From NCBI GenBank assembly GCA_017548925.1, contig JAFYYX010000001.1:828658-892657 (forward strand): a DNA stretch of 64,000 nucleotides, read 5' to 3'. Positions 1 through 9,690 of the stretch are shown here, in pieces; within the stretch, counting starts at the first letter, position 1; the number at the start of each line of letters is the position of its first letter. Origin of the DNA: Bacilli bacterium. Lineage in GTDB: Bacteria; Bacillota_I; Bacilli_A; RF39; UBA660. Below the pieces are notes generated by a model that ran no database searches, was not told the origin of the DNA, and worked only from the letters and a program-made list of their open reading frames with translations. The position numbers were made by a program, and so were the translations under genes.

Positions 1-1727
1 ATAGGAATATAGTATGCTGTAAAATTCTTACTACCAGTACTTCCTTTTGGAATAACAGTTGTAAGTGTTGGTTTAATTAGCTTAAATAGTCTTCTATCAT
101 ATCTTGTAGATGACTGTTTTGTTACAACAGAAAATCTTATGTATGATGCATTACTTGGAGTCTTAAATGAAACTTGAGATCTGTTGTTATAGTTATCACC
201 AGTTAGATAATTACCTTCTGAATCAAAAACTGCAAAACCAGGAGTTTCAGATTGACCAGAATTTACAATTGTATAATTTGTGTTAGGATCAATAGAAACT
301 TGGAAAATGGAATATTCATCATGAGAAACTTCTGTTCCATCACTTTTTATATAATAACTACTTTTAGATGGTGTTGAAAACATATTAAATAAATTGTTAG
401 TACCATCATCCCAACCAGTAGAATCATAATTTGCTTTAGTTGGATTAATAAGTGTAATTGCATCACTTTCAGTACTATATGATGATGGATTCTGAGAATT
501 TCCAGTCATAATACCACCATTTAAGTTATAAGCAAGTTGATAACTAGCTAAGTATGTAACCTTAGCATATCCATCACCAATTTTAGCAACCTTTGCTTTA
601 GGTGTTACTGATATATTTGAAGTAGAAATAGTTCTAGATGAATTATTATAAGATTCATAACACTTATAACAATATGTATAACTATCTTTTACATTGTCAT
701 TAGCTGTATATGCAATACCTCCTGCACCAACCCAGCTAGTACCTATTCCTTTATATCCGCCTCCACCAGCAGAATTATCTTTAGCACTACCTAAAGAATA
801 TTGACCACAAGACCATTCAGAAACGCAAATACCTAATCCATGTCTATAATCGTGACCTCCAGTTGAGCTAGCTCCTCCACCACCTGATGCAACAAGAAGT
901 AACTTAGGTCCACCAAGTTTATCAACAGTTCCACTATTAAGTGCAAAGGATGTAGCGCCACCACCAGATGACCAAGAACTTGGAGAAGAACCTCCACCAT
1001 TATAGCCGCCCTTACAGCCTCCTTTACAATCAGTAACGCCTTGACCTCCAACATTAATATAAAGTACGTCGCCTTTTTTTAGATATACTTCACCATGTGC
1101 ATAAGCTCCATAGCCACCAAGATGTATAGCATAATTACCACCTTGTGCTCCCCAGCCTTCTAATCGATAATAACCATCTTTTAAAATAGTTAATCTTTGT
1201 TCATCACCAGTATATTCAAAAAGTGCAACAGTAGGAGTTCCTTTATAACTACCAATTGTATCAAAACCACAAGAATTAAAATTTTCTTCTATAGATGTAA
1301 AATCAATATCATCTTCATCTTTAATTATTGATTCACCATTTATATAAAAACCTTTTCCATTAGTAAACCATAGTCTTGTTTGATATGTACAATCATCGGC
1401 ATAACATACCTCAACACTACCACTATATTTTACTTTTTTATCTTTAACTACATATTTTCCTAATATATTATCTGTAATTGAATAACAAACTTTTCCATTA
1501 ACAGTTCCATTATATAAATCGTCTCTTAATGATTCATCCAACATTTTATCATTATAATATTTATTTATAGCACCTTTAGCAAAAACATTTGCTTCTTTGA
1601 TAAAGGCTCTCATTCTACTTCTTTCTGTTATTTTAGTAACAAGTGTAAAAGCCATTACAGAAAAAAGAACAAGTATTAATACAACAGCTAATAGCTCAGT
1701 AAGTGTAAATCCCTTTTTACTTTTCAT
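1..1727 (-). CDS. Modular type IV pilin-like protein with a Gly-rich module. Partial: the C-terminus runs off the window start.
   Basis: The ORF is not in the supplied track because it has no stop inside the window. I translated it by hand. The ATG is at 1727-1725, preceded by an AGGTGA RBS. The N-terminus reads MKSKKGFTLTELLAVVLILVLFSVMAF, a class III prepilin signal with the G|FTL cleavage motif and an E at +5. It continues RSRMRAFIKEANVFAKGA, paralogous to the proteins at 1806..3071 and 6538..7785. A downstream Gly-rich region, GGGGASSTGGHDY, is in the same frame. Confidence 0.6.
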   Translation of the reverse strand, partial: MKSKKGFTLTELLAVVLILVLFSVMAFTLVTKITERSRMRAFIKEANVFAKGAINKYYNDKMLDESLRDDLYNGTVNGKVCYSITDNILGKYVVKDKKVKYSGSVEVCYADDCTYQTRLWFTNGKGFYINGESIIKDEDDIDFTSIEENFNSCGFDTIGSYKGTPTVALFEYTGDEQRLTILKDGYYRLEGWGAQGGNYAIHLGGYGAYAHGEVYLKKGDVLYINVGGQGVTDCKGGCKGGYNGGGSSPSSWSSGGGATSFALNSGTVDKLGGPKLLLVASGGGGASSTGGHDYRHGLGICVSEWSCGQYSLGSAKDNSAGGGGYKGIGTSWVGAGGIAYTANDNVKDSYTYCYKCYESYNNSSRTISTSNISVTPKAKVAKIGDGYAKVTYLASYQLAYNLNGGIMTGNSQNPSSYSTESDAITLINPTKANYDSTGWDDGTNNLFNMFSTPSKSSYYIKSDGTEVSHDEYSIFQVSIDPNTNYTIVNSGQSETPGFAVFDSEGNYLTGDNYNNRSQVSFKTPSNASYIRFSVVTKQSSTRYDRRLFKLIKPTLTTVIPKGSTGSKNFTAYYIP

Positions 1728-1805
1728 ACAATCACCTATTATATATATAATAACATATAAATATCTTTTTAGCATAAAAAAATGTAATCAACATGATTAC
1801 ATTTT

Positions 1806-3071
1806 TTACATTGTATAATCACCTATGTATGTAATTCTTGCATAACCATTTTCAATTTTAGCATAATCAGTAATTGGTTGATCAGAATAATTAGGAACAA
1901 CAGTTGTTCTATCACTACTATTACATGAATAACATGCCATACGACCATTTTTAACTAATCTATTTGTTACATATCCAGTACCGCCAAGTACATCAAGGTA
2001 ATAAAAGTCGTTATGAGCAAACGTATGTGAACCATTATCAGCAGAAGAGAATCCTCCACCATTTCCATAATAATTCTCCGTAGTTTGTCTATACCCACCA
2101 TGAAAACCGTAAGTACCGCAACCTCTAGCATTAGGCCAGTAAGTGTTACAATAACCACCTGCATTAACTAAATTAGCACGTTCAGCATTAGTAGCTGGGT
2201 GACCACCACCTCCGCCGCCGGATGCAATAAGGACATACTCGCCTGATACGTCAAATAATTGACCAGATTTAATCGCAATGTGAGTTGCACCACCACCAGC
2301 GGCAATATAAAGTGCTCCTTTAGCTCCACCATTATAGGTTGCTTTACAAGAAGAATCATTAACAGCACATGGTCCGGCACCTTTTCCACCCACGTTAACG
2401 TACAACATATCGCCTTTATTTAGTTCAACTTCTACATATGAATAAGAACCTTTACCACCAAGTCGAGTTAAATCGTAATCTCCACCGCCAGCGCCCCATG
2501 TCTCAAGTGCATAAACACCATTTTTATTAGCAATAAACATTTGTTCTCCACCAGTGAAATCAAAATTAGATATTAAAGTATTACCGCTAGATCCACCAAT
2601 ACCAGCTGTTTCATAACCGCAAGATTCAGGATACTGAGTTGAAAACGAACTAGTAACTTGCTCAGTTTTTGATGGATCAGTTAAACCATCAATATAATGT
2701 TTTCCATCTGTAATCCATATTTTAGTTGTATATGTACAATCAAGTCCATAGCAAACTTCTACACTACCTTTATAATTATTTTTAGTCTTTTCTACAAATT
2801 TAGATAAGGATTTATTTGTAATTGAATAACATACTTTTCCATAAACAGCATTATAAAAAATATCATCTGAATACTTTTCTAATTCTCTATCAAAACCTTC
2901 TTTAGTCATAGCACCCTTAGCAAAAGTATTTGCTTCTTTAATAAAAGCATTTATTTTAGTTGTTTCCATATGTTTATTAGCCATACTAATAGCCATAACC
3001 ATAAGTAAAATTAAAACAACAATAACAGCAATTAGTTCAACCAAAGTAAAACCTTTTTTATTCTTATACAT
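1806..3071 (-). CDS. Modular type IV pilin-like protein. It has a prepilin N-terminal cleavage/methylation domain followed by Gly-rich, Cys-containing modules.
   Basis: The N-terminus is MYKNKKGFTLVELIAVIVVLILL. The signature FDFTGGEQMF...TWGAGGG...YVNVGGKGAG...IAAGGGA...ASGGGGGG is shared with the 415 aa paralog. It has 14 Cys. RBS AGGTG. Confidence 0.8.
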   Translation of the reverse strand: MYKNKKGFTLVELIAVIVVLILLMVMAISMANKHMETTKINAFIKEANTFAKGAMTKEGFDRELEKYSDDIFYNAVYGKVCYSITNKSLSKFVEKTKNNYKGSVEVCYGLDCTYTTKIWITDGKHYIDGLTDPSKTEQVTSSFSTQYPESCGYETAGIGGSSGNTLISNFDFTGGEQMFIANKNGVYALETWGAGGGDYDLTRLGGKGSYSYVEVELNKGDMLYVNVGGKGAGPCAVNDSSCKATYNGGAKGALYIAAGGGATHIAIKSGQLFDVSGEYVLIASGGGGGGHPATNAERANLVNAGGYCNTYWPNARGCGTYGFHGGYRQTTENYYGNGGGFSSADNGSHTFAHNDFYYLDVLGGTGYVTNRLVKNGRMACYSCNSSDRTTVVPNYSDQPITDYAKIENGYARITYIGDYTM

Positions 3072-3165
3072 TAATATACACCTCTATTATTACTTATATA
3101 ATAACATATATTTAATAAATTATAAAAAAAAATAGATAAGATTTGTAAAATCTTATCATATATTT

Positions 3166-3417
3166 TTAAAAAAATTTATCTATTCCTTTTGGTACATCAT
3201 CATTAGTTATTTTAGAAACAATTTTATCAGAAGTTTCTTTTGATACTTTTTTCCCTGTAATAGTGCTAAGTGTATCAATTATTTCTCTAATTGTTGATTC
3301 ATTTTTCATGTTTCCATTTTTTAGTTTCTCAGCAAGTTCATATATAGTTTTTTTATCTACATTAGTTTTCTTTTCTACTTTATCAAAAAAACTATCTTTT
3401 AAAGACATATATATCAC
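3166..3417 (-). CDS. Hypothetical small protein (83 aa, Lys/Glu-rich).
   Basis: The ORF has a plausible AGGTGAT RBS upstream. I do not recognise a family. Confidence 0.4.
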   Translation of the reverse strand: MIYMSLKDSFFDKVEKKTNVDKKTIYELAEKLKNGNMKNESTIREIIDTLSTITGKKVSKETSDKIVSKITNDDVPKGIDKFF

Positions 3418-3472
3418 CTAATAATATTTTATGAAAATAAAAATGATTATGATACAAATCATAATCATTTAC

Positions 3473-4621
3473 TTATACTAATTTTAAAATATTATCAACA
3501 TATGAATATATATCATTATTTGTAATACGGTATATATCATCAGAACTAATATTTTTAAATAATTCTCTATAATCATGTTCTCTAGTTATATATCTAAGAG
3601 CATATTCTTTATCAGAAATGCTATCCTTAGCAAAATCAGAAAGTCTTCTAGATATTTCATCTACATCATTATATTTAGAATAAGCAAATTTTATATATGA
3701 ATCAACAGTTTCTTTTATTTTAATTAAATCATATTTTTTTGATAAATATTTAGATCTATCATTATTTTCTTTTTCAAGTCCAGAATACTCAAATAGTTTA
3801 TAACATAAATCTAAACTATCATCTTCATATAAACGTGAAAACTCTTCAAAAATATATAAATAATTACTTATATATGTATTAATATCATCGTTAGATACAT
3901 TATCTAGTAACTCACTATTTATAAAATCATTATAAAATTTTAATGATTCGATATTAATTAATTCATTGTATATTTTACGTACAAAATATACAAAATCATC
4001 AGCTTTAATTGAATTAATATCATATTTATTTTCAAAATATTTATAAATTAAATATGATATTACATGTGTATAATCTAAATTAAAATCAAAGCATATACCA
4101 TTTTTATCATAGTGGATAAAAAATGGATGAGATAATCTTAAATTATCATAAATAGTATTATTACTATTTATAAACTCAATAACTTTTAAAAGATCATCTT
4201 TTCTTAAAAAACCTAGAATAATTTGATCGTTTCGTGAACACTTTGATATTTTTGAATAATGTTTGATTTCGTCATGTTCTGATAAATATCCAATTAATTT
4301 AGATAAAACAGTAAAATATTTATCAGGTGTAACATTTAAATTAAGTTTAATCAAATTATTATGATTATTAATATTACTTATAATAAAATAATTATCTTTA
4401 TCTGTTTCTTGAGAAATATTTAAGTTTTTATTATCTTTATAAAACTCTGTAAAATAAGAAAAATAATTATCATCATAAGAAATATTAAATTCATCTAAAT
4501 CAAGATCATATGAAAGTAGCATTAAATAAACATCTTTTACAGAAAATTTATTTTTATTGTATTCTTTAATTTTGTAGGCATTTTTTAAAAATAAAGTGAT
4601 TTCATTTTCTCTATGATTCAA
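3473..4621 (-). CDS. Hypothetical protein (382 aa, Asn/Tyr/Asp-rich).
   Basis: A long ORF co-directional with its neighbours. RBS AGGAAGAAAAC. No motif I can name. Confidence 0.5.
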   Translation of the reverse strand: MNHRENEITLFLKNAYKIKEYNKNKFSVKDVYLMLLSYDLDLDEFNISYDDNYFSYFTEFYKDNKNLNISQETDKDNYFIISNINNHNNLIKLNLNVTPDKYFTVLSKLIGYLSEHDEIKHYSKISKCSRNDQIILGFLRKDDLLKVIEFINSNNTIYDNLRLSHPFFIHYDKNGICFDFNLDYTHVISYLIYKYFENKYDINSIKADDFVYFVRKIYNELINIESLKFYNDFINSELLDNVSNDDINTYISNYLYIFEEFSRLYEDDSLDLCYKLFEYSGLEKENNDRSKYLSKKYDLIKIKETVDSYIKFAYSKYNDVDEISRRLSDFAKDSISDKEYALRYITREHDYRELFKNISSDDIYRITNNDIYSYVDNILKLV

Positions 4622-4712
4622 TTTGTTTTCTTCCTATCATTTATTATGTTTACTTTCATATAATCACCTACTATTAAATTATATCAAATAGAAAAATATA
4701 TGTAAAACTCTT

Positions 4713-4750
4713 CATAAAAAAAAATAAATGATTTTTATCATTTATTTTTT
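4713..4750 (-). terminator. Intrinsic terminator downstream of der and the 122 aa gene.
   Basis: An 11 bp AT-rich stem (aaataaatgat/atcatttattt, loop tttt) is flanked by an A-run on the plus strand, which gives a U-run on the minus strand. Confidence 0.45.
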
Positions 4751-4752
4751 AT

Positions 4753-5121
4753 TTATCTTTGTTTATTTATTAAATCAGTAACGTGTGCTTTTCTATTTAA
4801 AGTTCTACTTGCTGCAACAAACTGATAAAAAGGAGTTGATGCTTTATCACCTACAAATGTAAGAGCGTCTTGATCAGTAATATTACATACAAATTTTGTG
4901 ATTTGATATAAATCATTTGTATAAATTTTATATGGTTTATTTAAATCAAAACTCTTTACATAATTTTCTGGAATAACTAAAGCATCAGGATCAAGTTCTT
5001 GTATTCCAAGTGAAGAAACAATCGCAGAATCCTTTTTAATAAACTCAACATCATCTAATCTATAACCAAATTTTAATAATTCTTGTTCATATTTATCGAT
5101 ATCATCAAATATTTGTTCCAT
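4753..5121 (-). CDS. Hypothetical protein (122 aa).
   Basis: The ORF sits 2 nt downstream of der, probably in the same operon. No recognised motif. Confidence 0.5.
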   Translation of the reverse strand: MEQIFDDIDKYEQELLKFGYRLDDVEFIKKDSAIVSSLGIQELDPDALVIPENYVKSFDLNKPYKIYTNDLYQITKFVCNITDQDALTFVGDKASTPFYQFVAASRTLNRKAHVTDLINKQR

Positions 5122-5123
5122 AA

Positions 5124-6437
5124 CTATTCTCCTCTGTCATTTTTATTTTTAAATTGAAGTTGTATTGGTGTACCTGTTAAATCAAAATTACTTCTAATTA
5201 CATTTTCTAAATATCTTTCATAACTAAAATGGACTAATCCCTTATTATTTACATTAAAGGTAAATTTAGGAGGACATACACCAGTTTGTGATACAAAATA
5301 TATTTTAAGTCTTTGATTTTTATATGATGGTGCAGGATGCATCATACATGCTTCTGTAATAACATCATTAAGTAGTGATGTTGATATTTCTTTATTATTA
5401 TTTTCATATGCAGATATAACCTCAGGCATAAGTGTATGAATTCTTTTCTTTTCTTTAGCAGATAAGAAAACTAATTTAGCATATGGAATAAATTGAAATT
5501 CAACTTCAATTAAATCTTTCCATTTTTTAATTTCTTGATCAGGATTTTTAACTGTATCCCATTTATTAACTACTAAAACAATTCCTTTACCAGCTTCAAC
5601 TGCATAACTAACGATATGTTTATCATGCTCTATAATGCCTTCTTTAGCATCTATTACAATAACGCACACATCAGATCTTTCAATAGCTTTTAAACTTCTA
5701 ATTAAACTATATTTTTCAATATCTTCATAGATCTTACCTTTTTTTCTCATTCCAGCAGTATCTATTGCAATATATTCAGATCCATTATAATTAAATTTAG
5801 TATCTATTGCATCTCTTGTAGTTCCTGCAACATCACTAACAATTACTCTATCTTCATTAAGTAGTGCATTAATTAAACTACTCTTTCCAACATTAGGTCT
5901 ACCAATAATAGCAAACTTTAAAGTTGAATCAACTATTTCTTCAGTTTCTTTCATAGATTCAGTAATAAAATCCATTAATTCTTTAAAACCTATATTATGT
6001 TCTGCACTTACACCAAAGACATGTTCAAAACCAAGTTCATAGAAACTATAAACATTATCTTTTCTTTTATCATTATCAAGTTTATTAACAACTACTACTA
6101 CATCTTTATGAGATTTAATAAGCATATCTCTTATTAAATAATCGTTTGGATCTAGTTCGTTTTTACCATCAACAACAAATAGTATTAAATCAGATTCATC
6201 TATAGCTAGTTCTGCTTGAGCCTTAATATCTTCATTAAAGTCGCCATGGCCTATTTCAATACCACCTGTGTCAATTAAAAAGAAGGATTTATTATTATAA
6301 GTTACTGTATCATAAAGTCTATCTCTTGTTACACCAGGTGTATCTAAAATAATAGCTTTTTTATCTTTAACTAATCTATTAAATATAGTAGATTTTCCAA
6401 CATTAGGTTTACCAATAATACATACAGTTTTTTTCAT
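5124..6437 (-). CDS. der: Ribosome-associated GTPase Der/EngA (two tandem GTPase domains).
   Basis: Two G1 motifs, GKPNVGKSTIFNRL and GRPNVGKSSLINALL. DTGG/DTAG G3 motifs and NKxD G4 motifs. A KH-like C-terminus. Confidence 0.9.
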   Translation of the reverse strand: MKKTVCIIGKPNVGKSTIFNRLVKDKKAIILDTPGVTRDRLYDTVTYNNKSFFLIDTGGIEIGHGDFNEDIKAQAELAIDESDLILFVVDGKNELDPNDYLIRDMLIKSHKDVVVVVNKLDNDKRKDNVYSFYELGFEHVFGVSAEHNIGFKELMDFITESMKETEEIVDSTLKFAIIGRPNVGKSSLINALLNEDRVIVSDVAGTTRDAIDTKFNYNGSEYIAIDTAGMRKKGKIYEDIEKYSLIRSLKAIERSDVCVIVIDAKEGIIEHDKHIVSYAVEAGKGIVLVVNKWDTVKNPDQEIKKWKDLIEVEFQFIPYAKLVFLSAKEKKRIHTLMPEVISAYENNNKEISTSLLNDVITEACMMHPAPSYKNQRLKIYFVSQTGVCPPKFTFNVNNKGLVHFSYERYLENVIRSNFDLTGTPIQLQFKNKNDRGE

Positions 6438-6537
6438 AAATATATTCCTCCTTTCAAACTACATATAGAATACCATTTTTTTACGTATTTTACAAATTAA
6501 AAACTATATCAATAAAATTGATATAGTTATAAATTAA

Positions 6538-7785
6538 TTATAGATCATCAGGACTTACTAAAGTAATTTTAACGTGTCCGTCGCCTTTGTTTCCCTTCAT
6601 AGTAGATGTCTCATCATAAATAGGTATTTGAGTACTTGCTCCTGATAGCAATAGTGGATATAAAGCTTTATGATTTACAACAGCATATTCACTTGGAACA
6701 GTATTAGTTCCATCATAGACAAATCCTGAACCACCTGATCCACCAGAATCTTGCATACAGAACATACCATGATCACCAGCAGAGCCGCCATACCAGCCAC
6801 CACCGCCAGATCCATCTATTCCACCACAGTTAGCAGTATTTCTAGCATTTTCCCCATAACCAAAACCTGCATTTGCACTACCAGCTGCAGTTTGTGTACC
6901 TGTTGATGGTCCACTACCTGATAGTCCTCCACCAACACCAACAAACGTTCCATCATATCCACCGGCATCACCACCACGGCCACAAGATCCGCCACCACCG
7001 GCTACAACAATTCTATGGTATAAAGTATTACCTTCAACTCTAACGTCAGTTCCACCACCGCCGCCATTATAGTTTATTCCAGCTCCTCCACCATTAAATC
7101 CACCAGCAAGGCCGCCAGAATCACCAGATCCCCCGACATATACGTAAACTTCATCATCGGTTGTTAAGTGAACAACACCTTCGGCAAAACCACCTACACC
7201 ACCATATTTATATCCATTACCACAAGATCCTCCTTGAGCACCCCATGTTTGAATTTTATAATAACCATCTCTAGAAACAGTAAATATTTGCTCACTACCA
7301 GTATAATCAAATTCAGTTATCTCTTGACTATTATTACACCAGTTAGAAGTTTGATATATAGCAACAATACCACCATTATATTTTTCAACTTCACTATATG
7401 GAGCTTTAGAATTTATATATAAAATTATATTTTTATCATCAATATTTTCACCTGTTGTTGGATCAATTATATGTGTAGAACTTGCACCAGTATTAGTAAT
7501 TTCTTTTAGATAACCAGCATCTTGTAACTGTTTAACAGTAATAGAATTACATACTTTATTTATGTATTTATAATTACTATTATTTAAAAAGTTTTCATTA
7601 TCTCTTGCATATTGTTTTGCTTGTCTTAAAATAACTTTTAATTTTGCTTCATAAGCAGTTTCTTTATTATTTCTAATCATTTTTAAAACAGCAGGAACAG
7701 CTATTAAAGAAATTGTAGCCAAAATAACAATAACTGCAATAATTTCTAGTAAGGTAAATCCTTTTTTATTTTTCATACTAGTCAC
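6538..7785 (-). CDS. Modular type IV pilin-like protein. It has a prepilin N-terminal domain and a Gly-rich module.
   Basis: The N-terminus is MTSMKNKKGFTLLEIIAVIVILATISLIAV. The signature FDYTGSEQIF...TWGAQGG...YVYVGGSGDSGG...VVAGGGG is paralogous to the 421 aa protein. Confidence 0.8.
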   Translation of the reverse strand: MTSMKNKKGFTLLEIIAVIVILATISLIAVPAVLKMIRNNKETAYEAKLKVILRQAKQYARDNENFLNNSNYKYINKVCNSITVKQLQDAGYLKEITNTGASSTHIIDPTTGENIDDKNIILYINSKAPYSEVEKYNGGIVAIYQTSNWCNNSQEITEFDYTGSEQIFTVSRDGYYKIQTWGAQGGSCGNGYKYGGVGGFAEGVVHLTTDDEVYVYVGGSGDSGGLAGGFNGGGAGINYNGGGGGTDVRVEGNTLYHRIVVAGGGGSCGRGGDAGGYDGTFVGVGGGLSGSGPSTGTQTAAGSANAGFGYGENARNTANCGGIDGSGGGGWYGGSAGDHGMFCMQDSGGSGGSGFVYDGTNTVPSEYAVVNHKALYPLLLSGASTQIPIYDETSTMKGNKGDGHVKITLVSPDDL

Positions 7786-7852
7786 CTATAATAATTATAA
7801 CTAAGTTTTATTTATTAAACAATATAAAAACTAAATAGATTTACTATTTAGT

Positions 7853-8443
7853 TTATATTGATTCTTCTATTATTTTGTATACTTCATCTTTTCCTTTTTT
7901 AGTAATAGTTGAAAAAGGAATAAATGGTCTATCATCTGGAAGTTTTAATGTATCTCTTATTAATTTATCTTGTTTTACTCTTCCGTTTTTATTTACTTTA
8001 TCATATTTAGTTGCGATAACTTCAACATCAATATTATAGTACTTTAAAAAATTATACATTAAAACATCATCTTCAGTTGGTTTATGACGATAATCAACTA
8101 GTAAGAATACTTTTTTCATAGATTCTCTAGTTTTTAAATACTCTTCAATCATCATACCAAACTTTTTTTGTTTATCTTTTCCGCCCATAGCAAATCCATA
8201 ACCAGGAACATCAACTATATAAAATTTATTATTTACTTCATAAAAATTTAAAGTTGTTGTTTTACCAGGTTTACTTGATGTATGAGCATAATTTTTTCTT
8301 TCAATTAATGTATTTATAAAACTTGATTTACCAACATTACTTCTTCCAACAAGTAAAAACTCAGGAAGATTATCTTCCGGATACTGACTTGTTCTAACAG
8401 CAATGCTTTTAAGTTCTACTGTATTTATTTCCATAAATCTCAC
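7853..8443 (-). CDS. engB: Ribosome biogenesis GTP-binding protein YsxC/EngB.
   Basis: G1 motif GRSNVGKSSFINTL. DVPGYGF G3 motif. 196 aa, typical for EngB. Confidence 0.85.
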   Translation of the reverse strand: MRFMEINTVELKSIAVRTSQYPEDNLPEFLLVGRSNVGKSSFINTLIERKNYAHTSSKPGKTTTLNFYEVNNKFYIVDVPGYGFAMGGKDKQKKFGMMIEEYLKTRESMKKVFLLVDYRHKPTEDDVLMYNFLKYYNIDVEVIATKYDKVNKNGRVKQDKLIRDTLKLPDDRPFIPFSTITKKGKDEVYKIIEESI

Positions 8444-8484
8444 CTGCCAAATGATTATATCAAAAATTATTTAAAATGTAAAAA

Positions 8485-9645
8485 TTATCTTGCTTGAGTG
8501 TTAATTTCGTATTCATTATAACCAGCTATTTTATATTCAGTATCAACTGAATATGTAACCTTTATACTACCCTCACTTAAAACCTCGGCATAATCTTTAC
8601 CAAAATCTTTTTTATTAAGTATAAATTTTAAATATGTCATAAGCTTATTAAAATACTGAGGATCACCATGAGTATAAGGGTTATACTGAGCAATTAACGA
8701 ACCATCTTCAGCCGTTAAAATTTGTAGTTTTGATTCATAATTTGTTTCATTTAATATTTTTACTAAAATATTATCTACAGTTCCCATTCCTTGATTATAT
8801 GAAACTGCCATTCCATTAACATCACCATGATAACGATTACTATAATATTGAAGAAGTATTGCAATAAACTTAATTTGTTCATCGTGATTATTCATTAAAT
8901 TGTTAGTTTTAAATTTATAATCTTCAAAAGATCCAGTCCCACAGTTAAATACTCTAAAATTTTGATTTTCAAACAATTTGCAATTAACTTGACCAAGACC
9001 TAAAGCTTTAGTATTAGTTTGCGATGCTTTATCATATTTTTCTCCACCACACTCAACCATTATAAGTGATGCAATGATTGCAGGATCTATTCCATACCTA
9101 GTTCCATACTTATCAATTTCATTATAATAGTGATCCATTACATAGTTATAAGAAGCTAAATTAGGAAATGCACTACCCTTAACATTAATTTTTCGATGAT
9201 TCTCATTTTTTTCAATATCATATTCTTCATCAGATTCAATCATTTTATATGGATCTAAATCATTAGGATCAACGTACTCAAATGAAACAGTTGCACCTGG
9301 TTCTGTAAATGACTCATCATAATCATTCATTACAATTTCATTTTCATTTATTTTATTTAATGATATTTCATTATCTTTCAAACTATATTTATAGGCTCCA
9401 TATATACCCATAATACTTGTTGCGCCAAGTGCAACAATAGTAGTACCTAAAAACATAGCTCCTGATTTATTAAGTTTATATGGGAAAAATCTAAAATTAC
9501 AATTTTTTCCATTTTTAAATGTAACCTTTAAATAAAAATGACCATTCTTAAAAATAGGAACATATTCTTTAATATCTGAAGACTTTAAATGATTTTTAAC
9601 TAAATACCTTCTAACATTTTCCTTCAAATTATTAAATGGATTCAT
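8485..9645 (-). CDS. Membrane-anchored lytic transglycosylase (SLT domain).
   Basis: An N-proximal TM helix, then the SLT motifs IMVECGGE (catalytic Glu), GLGQV (for GLMQ) and SYNQGMG (for AYNAG). Confidence 0.7.
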   Translation of the reverse strand: MNPFNNLKENVRRYLVKNHLKSSDIKEYVPIFKNGHFYLKVTFKNGKNCNFRFFPYKLNKSGAMFLGTTIVALGATSIMGIYGAYKYSLKDNEISLNKINENEIVMNDYDESFTEPGATVSFEYVDPNDLDPYKMIESDEEYDIEKNENHRKINVKGSAFPNLASYNYVMDHYYNEIDKYGTRYGIDPAIIASLIMVECGGEKYDKASQTNTKALGLGQVNCKLFENQNFRVFNCGTGSFEDYKFKTNNLMNNHDEQIKFIAILLQYYSNRYHGDVNGMAVSYNQGMGTVDNILVKILNETNYESKLQILTAEDGSLIAQYNPYTHGDPQYFNKLMTYLKFILNKKDFGKDYAEVLSEGSIKVTYSVDTEYKIAGYNEYEINTQAR

Positions 9646-9690
9646 TTTTTAACCCTCCCAACTAAGAAAAATCATGACAAAAATCATGAT

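Noticed and set aside
833-2389. Short ORFs 833..1054, 1597..1818, 1967..2164 and 2168..2389 inside or antisense to the pilin-like genes
   Set aside because: They are alternative-frame or antisense ORFs inside long, well-supported CDSs. Their Val/Leu-rich translations are typical of the reverse complement of Gly-rich (GGN) coding sequence.
6816-7422. ORFs 6816..6998 (-) and 7168..7422 (+) within the 415 aa pilin-like gene
   Set aside because: They are embedded out-of-frame or antisense ORFs with no RBS.
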